Source of the DNA: Amoebophrya sp. A120
Lineage: Eukaryota; Protista; Dinoflagellata
Assembly (NCBI GenBank): GCA_905178155.1
Contig: CAJINV010000001.1
Span: forward strand, 7,905,599-7,969,598
Length of the DNA: 64,000 nucleotides
Direction: 5' to 3'
Shown here: piece after piece, positions 28,696-40,800 of the stretch
How positions within the stretch are numbered: position 1 is the stretch's first letter
Layout of the letters: each line of letters opens with the position of its first letter
Translations under genes and position numbers: made by a program
Notes under the pieces: model-generated
Seen by the model: only the letters and a program-made list of their open reading frames with translations
Databases searched by the model: none
Told to the model about the DNA's origin: nothing

Positions 28696-29208
28696 ATGTT
28701 CGCAGTTCGGCGGATGTTCCCTGCCGCAACGGCGCTTCTTATCAGCACAGCTTTCCTGTCGTGTGCGCGTGCCGGCGACGTGCAAATTTGTGCGGGGGAA
28801 GGTCCGCGGTACGGCGATTTCAAGTGCAACCACGACGGCACGCACCGCGTCTGTGCCACCCTGGTTGCGAACCACACGTCGAGTTGCGACGAGCTGAAAT
28901 GGGGCAGCCACGGCACCTTTTGGCAAATCACCGGCCAGCAGGCATTCAACTGGAAGGACCGCGTATGCGCGGCGCCGAATCCGGGCACCAACTGGTGCAT
29001 TTGCATGTGGGCCTTCGCCAGTCTGATCAAGAAGGTCGGCTGCGACAACACGCACGTGGATTGTGCGGGGACGGATCTGAAATTTGTATTGTCGCGGTAC
29101 AACGACGGAGGGTACGATTTGAAGGAGGCGCATGCGTGCCTCCAAAGAAAATGCACGGACCCTTCCGCGAAACGCGTCCGGCCATCGGGGGTTGACGACG
29201 AGTTGTGA
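28696..29208 (+). CDS. Secreted Cys-rich protein, DUF2237-like
   Basis: Signal peptide; GTHRVCA...FW..TG...PGTNWCICMWA...VDCAGT resembles the DUF2237 pattern (G.H.VCA...GDRWCLCA.RW...AT). Intronless. Confidence 0.55.
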   Translation: MFAVRRMFPAATALLISTAFLSCARAGDVQICAGEGPRYGDFKCNHDGTHRVCATLVANHTSSCDELKWGSHGTFWQITGQQAFNWKDRVCAAPNPGTNWCICMWAFASLIKKVGCDNTHVDCAGTDLKFVLSRYNDGGYDLKEAHACLQRKCTDPSAKRVRPSGVDDEL

Positions 29209-30114
29209 TCGTGGATAGCTAAGCACCGCAGTAGAAGAATGAGTTTATTGATTGTAGTGTCTTACTTTACCCTATCAGTTGTACCACCAGGCAGTTTCAA
29301 AAACGTATACACGCTCAGAACAGAAGCAATGTTGAAAAGCACGTGCTGCGACTACTTTATGGCGTAGAGCACGGTCGTGATTGAAAAAACGGCCATAGGC
29401 TCGAGTGTGCAGAGTACAGACAATTTGTTTGTATGAAGAACAAAGCAAGTGCGGCGCGCAACGAACCGCAAGGAACCGTGACATAAGTTTTGCTAATCTC
29501 ATTCTCGATAGATAAGATGCATCGACATCCTTTGACTTGCAAAGCGATCCTTGGTGTATAATGGCCTTGAATTGCAGTGCCAAATGGCAAATCGGTTTTA
29601 TTTAGCCTGCACATCATCTTAGTCTCTCTCTCTCTCTGACTTCGGTAAAAAAAGCGATCGAAGAATGATTTGTCTGAGTCGGTTTTCGCTGCCAAGAAAA
29701 AGCACAATATCGGTTTTCTCGCAAATGCTTACTGAATTCTCGGTTCGTGCTGTCATGAAATAATTAGCTGGATCTTCGGTGCGTACAAAAACTCATCGTG
29801 CGACGGTTGTAGCTTTTTCGTCCTCTCGTCTGTGTCGTTCTTTTCGTTCCAGCAACGTCCTGTGTATCCAGATATGTAATTTTCCTTTATTCGACTAAAC
29901 CAGGAACGCAACCTTTCCCCCTCTTTTTTGCTGGGGCCTTTACGGCCACCCAGTTTTATTTGCCCCCAAAATTAATCTCTATTTCTCTTTCTCAACGAAT
30001 ACCAATACATTTCATTCGTTTATTTTCCAACCCCAGATACATATACGAGTCATCTGAAGTCCAATTTTCCCGCACCGAAAATCCGTAATAGAACCCTGAA
30101 AACAAGTAGAAGCA

Positions 30115-31681
30115 ATGGCACAGCCAATCGGCGGCGGCCCGGTGGAAGCCGAGGTCCGCGAGCAGAAGTCGGAGGGGTTTTGTTTCGGGCTGTGTTTTCA
30201 GGATTTCGAGACCATCACTCGGTCCTTTCAAGCTACGGACAAGGACACGTACATTGACGTGACGGCACTGTACCCCCCGGAGTACTGGGAAGCGAAGCGG
30301 CAGGGGCGGCAAATAGAGGCCGCCGAGGACCACGATGGGGACGAGTTCGACAAGCTGGGCGACAAGTACGCGCGCGGGAAGCAAGCCCGGACGGACGCGC
30401 GAAAACCGATAAAGCTGCACTCCGAAGAGGCCACAGAAAACTTGAACTTCCTGACCACGGCGCAGAAGCACTTGAAGGACAAGTTCTCCACCGAGGAAGA
30501 AGTGTTTGAAACCATGGTCCACATGGCCTCGGTCACGCAGGGCTACATGCTCAAGGAGAGGTTTCCCCAGAGCCACTTCCTCGCCATGTTCCAGGCGTTC
30601 GCGCCGCAGTTACGGTATTGTTATTTCTTGATTGATTGGATTATATATGATGAATATATATTCACGGCGCTCGTCAACTTTAGGTTTAGTGGCGTCGTTG
30701 TTTTCTTTTTGGAGTAGGAAGGTTCGAGAACTTGCAGCTCTATTTCTGTTTCTGTTTCTGTAACTGCTCAAGAAGAATCTTGATAGTAACTACGAACATT
30801 TTCCCAATGAAATTTTCCCCCTCCTCTGTGCAGGTATTTCGATGCGAACCGAAAGAAGGACGAGTGGGTTCTGGACTACTACATCGACAAGGAGTACCGG
30901 GAGGAGCTGCGCGCCACGCAGCAGTACACTGTGAACGACGACCGGGGCACGATTCTCTTCCGCCTGATCAAAAAGGTCTGGAAGGGACAGCACGACTACC
31001 GTCACCAGATCATGATCCTGTTTCACGAGTACGACCCGCGTACCAACGCGGCCAGGAACGAGAAGGACGTCAAGAAGATGGAGCTCACGTGCCAAGGCGA
31101 GCGCGACTGCGGGATCTGGTGCCGCATTTTGAAAATGTTTGTCACGGTGTCCAAACAGGAACACCTGGCCAACTCGAAGGCCGCCGCTGCGAGGAAAGCC
31201 CAGAACGACCGGGGGGCAGCGATGGGTACTACTTTTTGATAGTGTTCTTTGTTTTGGTACGACTTCGAACGATTTTAGCTCCTCGACACTTGTTTTCAAG
31301 TTGCTCTGTATGAGCGGGTCGTCCATCTCTATTGCCATTGTTTTGCAGTCGACATGTGCTTCCAGAAGAAAAAATATGATTTTCGGATCAGTCTAGATAT
31401 ACCGAAAGAAGAAGTCACAGCTGTTGGCTGCAAGACTTCTCGATCTGCGATTTATTGACAGTCCGTGCACAACATTTATTTTCTTTTCCTGCATGTTTTC
31501 AGATGGTGCGGACGCGATGGAAGCGGCAGCCGCCGCGGTGGAGGCGCCCCAACAGGCTGGAGACGAGATGGGGTTCTGGAACGACGACGGCGATTGGGTG
31601 GATGCAACGACCGGGGAAGTGACCAAGGCGGAGGACCTGAACGGAGAATGGGACGAGAACGGGCAATGGGTGCAGTACTGA
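30115..31681 (+). CDS. PH-like domain protein (paralog 1); 3 exons
   Basis: GT-AG introns 30615-30833 and 31226-31502. LRYFDANRKKDEWVLDYY...DDRGTI...MELTCQGERDCGIWCRIL gives a PH-type C-terminal Trp helix. Confidence 0.7.
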
Positions 31682-32575
31682 GTTGGAGAAATATTTGAGG
31701 AAGACGAGGAGCTGCTCACAAAGGAGATGTCGCAGCTGGCCTTCCTTGTTCATGACACTCGTCAACTGCATATAAGAATCAATAAACAAATTAAATTTCG
31801 GGAAGTTGTTGTAGCTGTTTTGGCTCGCAGTTTGTTATTTCTTTTGTGTACACTTATGCTATCTATCCGACTGCGCATCTGATTACTTTGTGTCGGCGGA
31901 ATTATGTGTATCTTGAACATTTTTTCACGCTCTGACCTGTGCTAGGCACAGAATTTCGAGAACTGCAATTTAGAGCCTTTATCTTCTGTTAAAGTTGAAA
32001 TTTTTTAGCTTGCGTCACGTTTTTTTCTGGGCGTTCCGAGATAGCAACTTGCGATTTGGACTGCATAATTCTTGGTGCGTCTAGTATGTGCGAGCAATTT
32101 GTAAACTGCGTACTCGGAATAAATGCTTTTGCTGCGAAATTTTCGCGCTTTTTGGGGTAAGAAAAGAAACACTCGTTGTTCGTGGAGCAGCGGGAAAACG
32201 CAGTGAAATCTGAACATCGCTAGAAGGATCAAAAACAAATGTCGTAAGTGTCAAAACCGTCGTCCAGCCTTTCTCTTTGAAATTATAATCAATCGTGGCG
32301 GGGTACTATTCATCGTCTTCGTTAGTTTATTCGTGGCATTGTCGTGTACTCGTGTACTCACTTCACAGGCTACTTGAATACTTCGCCAATTGTGTGAAGC
32401 CCTTTATTGGGTGACATCATCATCTATCATGATCCAAGTAGTAAGGAAACAAGGTCGGAAAGTTCACGGCTGGTTATCGAAGTCCAGATGGGCAGACTGA
32501 TCGTTTTACTTTTGCGTTGCTCGATGAACAGAGTATAATAAACACTGGCGCCAAGAAAACAAAGTTGACCATCTC

Positions 32576-35500
32576 ATGGCCGATCCAGAGGTCGTGCAAC
32601 AGCGTGTGTCTGCCGCGACCGCGGCCGATGAATTGGCGGAGGCAGAACTTGCAGCACAGCTGGGCACACTCTCCTCGCCCGCTCCGGCGCTGCCCGCGGA
32701 GGAGGAGATTATTGGGTTTGGCGTCGCCGCGATGCCCCCCCTGCCGGACGAGGAGGACAACGATAACACCGTGAATTTGCTCGAGTCTTCGTACGAATTT
32801 GAGTACGATTCGCAGAAGCAAACGCCCCAGGTTTCTCCGATAATACGCGACCACGATTTGATGTTACAACCCGAAGAGGACCGCATGATAGAACCTTCCG
32901 GCGCTGCGTGGGAGGATGAAATTTACGAAGCACAAGAACTCAGTGACGAGGGGGCAACCAATACAAAAAGGGTAACAGGTCTTGCGACCAAAGGGGACGA
33001 GCAAGCAAGTACTACACCAGGTCGTGGGACGACACGGGCGTCAAGGGCGGCTGGAGGTGCAAGTAGGAGAAGTCAGAACAATTTTGCTGCTGGTGCAAAC
33101 AATGAAATATCAACGCGGAGTAGTAAAAATAGCGGGCGCAGGAGTACGAAAACTAGGTTGAAGTCCTACTACAGTGCGGGTACAGCAGCTACAGCCTCAG
33201 AGAGGGACTCCACGGAGAGTGGGATTGTAATGCTGCAACCGGAGAGGGCCTCCACCGCGATAGCGGAAGTGCTGCACAGCAGTGACGCGGAGAGCGACAC
33301 TGTCCAGCGAATGACGGTCACGCAAGGAAAGGTGGTTCGCATCGCGGAGGCCTACGCTCCGAGCGAGCTCAGTAGCAGTCCCGCGCGGTCCTCGAATGCA
33401 GGAGAGCGGCTGCCGGTGCCGCAGTGGTCGCCGCAAGTGGTAGAGGACGATCAGCAGGAACCGGCAGAAGTTGTATCCCCCCCCTCCCGAAGATTTTCGT
33501 CGCGAAAAGAAACCAGCGTGGCGGTGCCCCTGCCCCTGCCCGCCCCGGTTCCGGATTACCGGGCTTACGAGAAAGCCCGTAAGAGCAGTTACTCATATCA
33601 GGTGGCGTCGCGCATGTCAGCGGAGGAAAAGGTGAGCGTGAGACTCGATAGAGAGGAACCTATGTTCCAGCAAGTGCCTGACGTGCAAACAGCGCACACT
33701 CTGGCCGACCGCGTGTCGCGCTTGTCGCAGAAGGTCCTGTCGCCCGTCGAGAAAAAGGTGCAGCGGCAACTGAAGTCGACGTACGAGGAGACTGTGAAAG
33801 CCGAGAAAGCCGTGCGGAAAAGCGAGGAACTGCGCAAAAGCGAAATGGACCAGCACTTATCAATTGCAAAAATGTCTGGGTCTGGAAGAGTTCATGTTTG
33901 TCATGCTTGTCTGGCATGACTCTTAAATCTGTCATGCACGGCGCCCAAGAGCTCCGTTTTTCTGTGATGCAGAAGCGCAGTTTGTCATGCAGAATAGGCA
34001 ACACCCAGGAACTCAGAAACTTGTCATGCTGAGCCAGCATCTGTAGCCTCATCATGAGACGCCACCTAGCATCACAAGTTTCCAGACCCAGACACTTTTA
34101 CTTTTGATAGCACTACCGGGATTACGACTCGCACGTCAGTGTGTACGACGATCGGGTGAGCGTCGTGGGAGTTTTTCCTGCAGGGAAGGATAACTTCACG
34201 CGCGAAAGCATTTCTCATCAAAATCAAAACGCGACAAGTTCATCCTGCTGCGACATGCTGGCCAGTTGCATCGGCGGCAATGCTGACCACCTTGCGGCAA
34301 GACATAGCCTCGGCGGGGCGAAGCCGAAGAGGCGCGTGTACGTGGATCTGCTTGGGAACGAATCGAAGAAGGAGCCAGGAACCTCGGATGTGTGGATGGA
34401 CCTGACGATGCTGCAGCAAGATACCGGCACTTTTGCTAGTGAAGTGCACGATCTGGATATCGTGGGAAAAAAGTGTTACAGTTACACACTCTGATGGGAG
34501 ACAAGCAAGACAGACAAGCTCTGTCATGCAGGAAATGCTTGCCAACCTGATTTCATTCGTGTTTTCCCTTATAGTCTGCGCATCACAGGTTTTCTTTGCC
34601 ATGTCGAGCAACTTTGTGATGCAGAAACTCCAACAAATGTGTTACTGTAATACTTTTTTCTTGTGATACTGGACGAGCAGGCGAAGCTGCGGAAAGAGCA
34701 GAAGTTGAAAGCGGGGAAAGTGAAGCGGCTGGAGTACGAGCGGCGGGTGGACGAGACGGACATGATGCAGCAAAAGGCCTATCAACTGCAAGTATGTCTG
34801 GGTCTGGAAGGTTGCAACTTGTCATGCAAAATCTTAATCATGCAGAAATCTGTGTTGCATGAGTGCCAAAACCTGTCCACTTTCGAACCAGTCGGGAGGG
34901 AGTTTCTCATGCAGGATAGGCATGACAGGGACGTCGCAGAGTCTGTCATGCTACGTCCCGCATTCCAGGCCTCATGGGTCACGGAAAATCTGCATGAGAA
35001 GTTTACAGGCTTCCAGACACAGACATATTTGCGTTTGATAAGGCCATCCAGAGCCTGACCGGGATAACGGATACCAGCAGCCAGGAGGACGCCATGCACG
35101 CTCTGATGACCATCGCGACCAAAACCAAGGGCCTGCTGCAAAAACAATCCACGCACCACTACGAGGGCTTCGACTACTTCTTCAGGCTCGACCCGCCAGT
35201 GTTGAGGTACTTTTGTATAAAGAAATATACTTACTTGCGATGCTGTATCTGTACTACTTGTTTCATGGATCGAATTACTCAGATTCCACATGCCAACAAA
35301 GTTGTTTCTACATCATGATCCTACATCGTGTTCCCCGCCCCTCGCAGGTACTTCCACGTTTCCCGCAAGCGGGACGAGTGGGTTCTCGATTGGTACCGGG
35401 ACAGAAACGCCGCCGAGGCAGAGCGTGCCGAGGTTTCCGCGACGTTGACGGACGACCGGGGGACGTTGCCATTCGCGATGATGAAGCGGATCAGGAAGGG

Positions 35501-36638
35501 GGTGGCGGACTACCCGAACCAGCTGCTGATCGTGTACCAGCGGCACATATGCATTGCAAACACGGCTGGGCGGTCTGGAAGAATGCAAATTTGTATTTTT
35601 GCACGACATTTCGGATCAAAACAAAATCTGTCAATGCATGGAGCGGATCACGACCAGCACCACTTATGTCTGTCATGCGGAGTCCTGATTCCTCATGCTA
35701 CTATACGCGTCATGTATCCTGCAAAAAACTTGTGATGCGTGGTTGATTACTTCTGAAGGTCGTTTCTCATGGAGGGACCAGCAGTACAAGTTTCCAGATT
35801 CCGCCATATTTGCGACCCATAGCGCACCCGCGACGGCGCTATCGAGGCGGAACAACAGATGGAGCTCTACGCGCGCACCGCGAAGGACGCCGCGGTGTGG
35901 CACAAGGCGATGAAAATTTTTCTCCAAGCCTCGCAGCAAGAAGCCTACCGGAAGAGTGACGAGTATGCGGAAATGCTGGAGCGCGAACGACGGGAGATTC
36001 TGCAGCGGGACGTGGCCATTAACCGAAAAACAGACGAACAACAGCACGAATTGGAGGCCATGCTGCAGGAGAGAAAAGGAAATCCACAGCCATCGAAAAC
36101 AAATACCGGTAGCACAGGTCGACGAGGGACAAGCTACGGACAGGTGCGGCAAGTATACGAACGAAATCGCTTTTTCTTTTGTTGTGTTATGCGACAGTTC
36201 TTCATGAAATATGAATCTACTGATGGTTGTTCAAGATTGTGAGGTATCATTGTCGCTGAAGCAGGTAGAGATGTATGATGCTGATCCCGCTGCGTGCGCT
36301 GTAATTGGGATAGTTTGTGGAAAATATTGAAACGGATTACGTAACACGCCACGACTCCTGTTCCCGTTGTCGGCTCTTGCAAGATGTTAACAGTGAGCTT
36401 GTAAAATGAGTAACGACATGCCCAGGTTTCTTCATCTGCAACTGCAAGTGCAGCTGCAGTGCGAAAGTCTCGTGGGAGCAAGGAGGACGATGTCGCGGAC
36501 GGATTGACCTTTGGGAAAGTGATGAAAGGCGTGACCGCGAATGCGCCCCCTGGGCCAAACAGCAAGCCGCCAGTTGTGCGTCCAGATGAAGAGAGTCCCG
36601 CCGATGGCGGGACCAGCGACGATGTTGCGGTGACGTGA
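32576..36638 (+). CDS. PH-like domain protein (paralog 2) with long low-complexity N-terminus; 7 exons
   Basis: Four introner introns (33858, 34458, 34780, 35548) and GT-AG introns 35207-35347 and 36144-36425. LRYFHVSRKRDEWVLDWY...DDRGTL...MELYARTAKDAAVWHKAM aligns with the 30115 gene. Confidence 0.72.
33858..34109. mobile_element. Introner/MITE, family A2, opposite orientation (252 bp)
   Basis: Internal sequence is the reverse complement of 13396-13647 and 63359-63610. TSD GCACT. Excision gives MDQHYRDYD. Confidence 0.95.
34458..34668. mobile_element. Introner/MITE, family D
   Basis: TATCGTGGGAAAAAAGTGTTACAGTTACACA ... TGTGTTACTGTAATACTTTTTTCTTGTGATA; TSD CTGGA. Excision gives HDLDEQAK. 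Confidence 0.88.
34780..35040. mobile_element. Introner/MITE, A1-like, opposite orientation (261 bp)
   Basis: Family A TIR; TSD AGGCC. Excision gives QQKAIQSL. Confidence 0.9.
35548..35821. mobile_element. Diverged family A introner
   Basis: TATGCATTGCAAACACGGCTGGGCGGTCTGGAA ... TTCCAGATTCCGCCATATTTGCGACCCATA; TSD GCACA/GCGCA. Excision gives YQRHTRDG..QQMELY. Confidence 0.8.
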
Positions 36639-37865
36639 AAGCTTTTGGTTTTTTATTCAATAGTTGTCTTATGCAAATATGTTTTTCATCTTTCTGACAT
36701 TGATTTCCTAGTAATCTCCCACATATGAATATGTTGGTGGTCGTGGTGCGCTTGTTGTACTAGGAGGCTCAAAGTATTTGCAATATTGTTTACAAGGTAG
36801 CGAAAATTAAAGGGCTAGTTCAGGAGTGCCTCCTTGTACTGATTCGCAGGATCATGATGTCGATCACATTCATTGTCCCCCAGCCTTCCTGGACAGCTAC
36901 ATAGTTTTGTAGTAGAACTCCGTAGTTCAGTAAACCGACCTACCTAGCACCAGTTGTGAAGTTTTGGAGCATATGACCATCATGACCACAGTAATGATTG
37001 TTTTGTACAAAAGTTTTTTGACAGAAAGTTACATACTCGATGATTGAAGTGCAGCGAACTAAAGACACAGTTTCTTGTAACGTTCCGGTTCGTAGTACAG
37101 CGGGTTTGCGTTTGTGTCGAGTGATTGATGTCCGAAATTAATGCATCAATGAGTGGTAGAGGAGGCTTTCACAGAGTCGTAACAGCACAGGCGCCGAGAG
37201 GTTGTGGCTGCTATCGGTCTCCCTTCCAACGCTCCGTAGTATAAAAGACCCACTCATGATTGCCAGGGCGGGAATGAAGGTGAAGTCTTCTGTTGAGGGA
37301 TGAAGGTGCGGTAGGACGAGCGGTAGCCGTTTTCAAAATAAAGTGAACACTGATACAAGTAAAATATCCCGAGGACCGCAGCTGCCTCGATTGCAAAGGC
37401 GGCGAAGAGCGTATCTGTTGGTGGCTAGTAAAGGGCACACTATTTTTACTTAATGAGTTAAAGTGATTCCACCACCGGACATGATTTTGATATGAGAACT
37501 GCGCCGCGCATTATTTGGAGGACTGCAGTTGCCGGCCCAAGCCCAACAAGGCGCTACAGGCGGCGTATAATTTGCTTACGCGAGGAGTGTGCAAAAACGC
37601 TGCATAGCTCTTGAGCAAGGGATGGGCAGGAAGAAAAAGAAGAAAGCACCAGCAGGACGCCGACGTCGTCCTCGAGACGAGGAATCCTCGTCCGGGACCG
37701 CTCGGTCGAGGAGGCGCGGTTGCGGAGGGGGAGTAAGTGGAGAACAGTTTTAGAAGGAATAAGCTGTGCAAGGATAAGAATATCAACATGTCATTTGCTT
37801 CATCTTGTTCTCTTGCTGCTTCGACGCCGTCCCGGTCCAGCTAGGGGTTCTTCGTCGTGAAGAGG

Positions 37866-40800
37866 ATGTTCGCGCAGCGCTATAGTGGCACACGACGCGA
37901 ATCATGCCGCGGCAGCAGCCGGCGGGGGTCGTGTTGCCTGGTTTCGGCCGGCAAGAGCGGCAAAGAGTTTTCGCTGGTCAGATTTCTTGTTGTACTCCAC
38001 CAGCTCCTTCTTTCACAACTTACCCCAATAGACGCAGGGTCTGCACCAGCGCCGCCTGGCGAGGTTTCCCCTCCTTCCTTCGAAGGTGCGGCCGCGGAGG
38101 CGAGTCCGAGCTTCGTCATGGAATGGAATCCACGGGGTCGGGATGCAGTGGCCAACGCCCCCTTATTATCCTCAGTAAAATGAACGTGGTCCCCTTCACA
38201 TGCATAATCAAGATGTTGGGAATCAATTGTGCACACACAAACACAAACCCACTAGTTTTGGAACTTCCGCACGACAATGTAGTCGTGTCAGTTTAGCTAA
38301 TGCAGCAGCCGCACCCTATCCTGATTACTTACATATACAGACAGCATGACAAGTTCATCTTTCCCGTGAGAATGAGAAAATGGCTTCCATGGGGAGCTGC
38401 AGCTGTGTGAGAGCTCGAGATCTTATGGGCGTTCTGATTTGCATGAAAAATGCGGGGTGGGACGTTTTTACTGAGGAGAATTGTACGAGCGGCTCCGGGG
38501 CGGCTACTACGCGGAGCTACCAAACATGGCCGGGATGCAAGTGCGAGTCTTACCCGGCCCGGTTCCCAATGTGGTCACAGACTCAATGCAAATGAGCTGC
38601 GATACCCGCGAACAGACGTTGCTGCATTCGCGCGTGGGTCTCCGCTACGCAGGCCGGTCGCAGACGGGCCCGGAGGGTGCTCGGGGGAGAGCCATACGCC
38701 TCGTTTGTCTGCTCATGCGGCTCCCGGTACGCATAGTGCAATCAAAAGTGTGGTCTTTGGCGTAGAGCGGAAGGGCATAGTAACAAGAAACTGCTTTTGA
38801 TATACTTTGGAGCACAATATGTATGAGCGTCGCTCCGCTGTGCGACGCAAGGTGGTGGGTCGTGCATCAATCGATTCGAAAGAGAAATACTATTTCTATA
38901 TGCTCCAGTACCAGTACTGCCGCGACAATAATCTCTACGGCACGCAGTCCGACGCTTGTTTTGCAGTGGATACCTGGGAGAGGACGAGGACGGCAGCGAA
39001 TCCACTACCTGGGATGTGATTGAGTTTGAAATGGACCGCAAAGGCAGCACTTTGTACGACCAGGCGAGCAACGTCTACCTGGATCAGAAAGCCGCGGACC
39101 CGGAAAGGATGCGCAACGACGATTATGATAACGACGGCGCGAAAGCGTCAGGCTCAGGCAGTCAGGAGGACTTGGAGGAAGAAGATCCCCTTGCGCGGCC
39201 GCGGCCCCGGGGGCCCACGAGTACGACAACGGGCATTGTGGCGCCGACCGCTTACGGGTTCCGCGGACAGGAAGTGGGCGAGCAGCAGCAGAAGGAGGCT
39301 GTTGATCGCGTAATCGCGAAGAAGTGGTCCCTCGGCGAAAAGAATCCCTATTTCTGCTCCTTCGGCAACGCAGACCTGGTGCGGGCGAACCACGTGGACG
39401 ACCTGTCGCGCATCAACATCCGGTATCAAACGCAGTTATTTCATCTGGGTGTGGAAGAAAGCGGGCGCTAGTCATGCAGTTTTTGCATGTGCCCGCCGAC
39501 GCCGAGCATGTTGTTCAATGTCCAGCGCATTCAAGGTGAAAGCCTTGTACTCATATCCAAGGTGCAGTATTTGCATCTGCGCGAAAGTCTGGACTGCTCG
39601 CCGAGCGTGACAAAAAATTCTGCGGAGGCCTCTCCATGCCTAGTCTCCATGACAAATGTTGCCCTCTCGTCGTCCTGGAGACAAAAATCACACGGCCTTT
39701 GCTGACTAGGCGACACAGAATTTTGGACCTCTTCCAGAATCCGCATCAGAAGTTTGCATCCTTTCAGTAGACCTCCCAGAACTATAATTTGCAATGCATA
39801 TGCGTTGGATCTGCATCGGGTCCGAGCGCCTGATCCGGAAGAACACGTTGGGCGAAATCAACACGCGAGAGCAGTGCCGGGTTCCTCACATGACCTGGTA
39901 CTCTGGTCTGGCGCGGCTCCGGAACATGGCGCCCTTCACCGGGCTGCAGGTGCCCCCCGAGACGGGGTCGGAGCGCCAACGCGCCTATCCGGGCTTCGCT
40001 TTCACTGAGTCATTGCGGATTTCGATGCGGCCGGTGCGGATGACCACAACGGGGGGCGAAGTAATCGTCGATCCTAGGGAACAAGGTGTGGCGGATGTTG
40101 ACACCTTCTTGAGCATGGAAGGCAAGAGTGGCACTAGCATATCGGCCACGAAAGAGCTCTACGATATCGTACCGACTAAACTAGAAGCGGAGGATTGCAC
40201 CTACGTGATAAGGCCCGGCATGTGCATGCCGATCAAACCGTGGCCCGAGACCGGCGTCCCCGTGCGGTGCGTCGAGGTGCCGCCGGAGGGGCTTCGCGAC
40301 GCCGGGATGGTGACCGTGAATGGAGCCGTGTGCACAAAGGTGTGCAACGCGAGCGACCGGTGCGTGGCCTTCGAAGTCCTGGAGCCCCGTCATTGCTGCC
40401 TCTTTCGGAACCCCGTCTACTCCCAAGACGATGCGGCCGGCGCGCGGGTGCCCGCGGGGTTTAAGGCAAAGGCAGCTGACGCCGGTGGTCTTTCTCCCTC
40501 CGCCACGTCGCAGCGTCGCTGTTATTTTCGGCGATGTGGCCTGGTTTCTGCCGGTTCGCTGCCCGGAGCGTACGCACTATATTACCACGAGCTGTCGGGG
40601 ATGATGTTCGTCTGGATCTCGAACCTGCTGCAGCAGAGATACGGCTTGGGGCGGCGCAGCCGGTGGTACCCCCTCTTCAAGAGTCACGGGATAATCGGCG
40701 TCAAGGGCTACGAGAGGGAGCTCGTTTGGCTGCAGCGCATATCCATGGCAGATTTGCTCGGGTCTCGAGCAGATAAGTGAACAAGATGGCTGGAGGTGTT

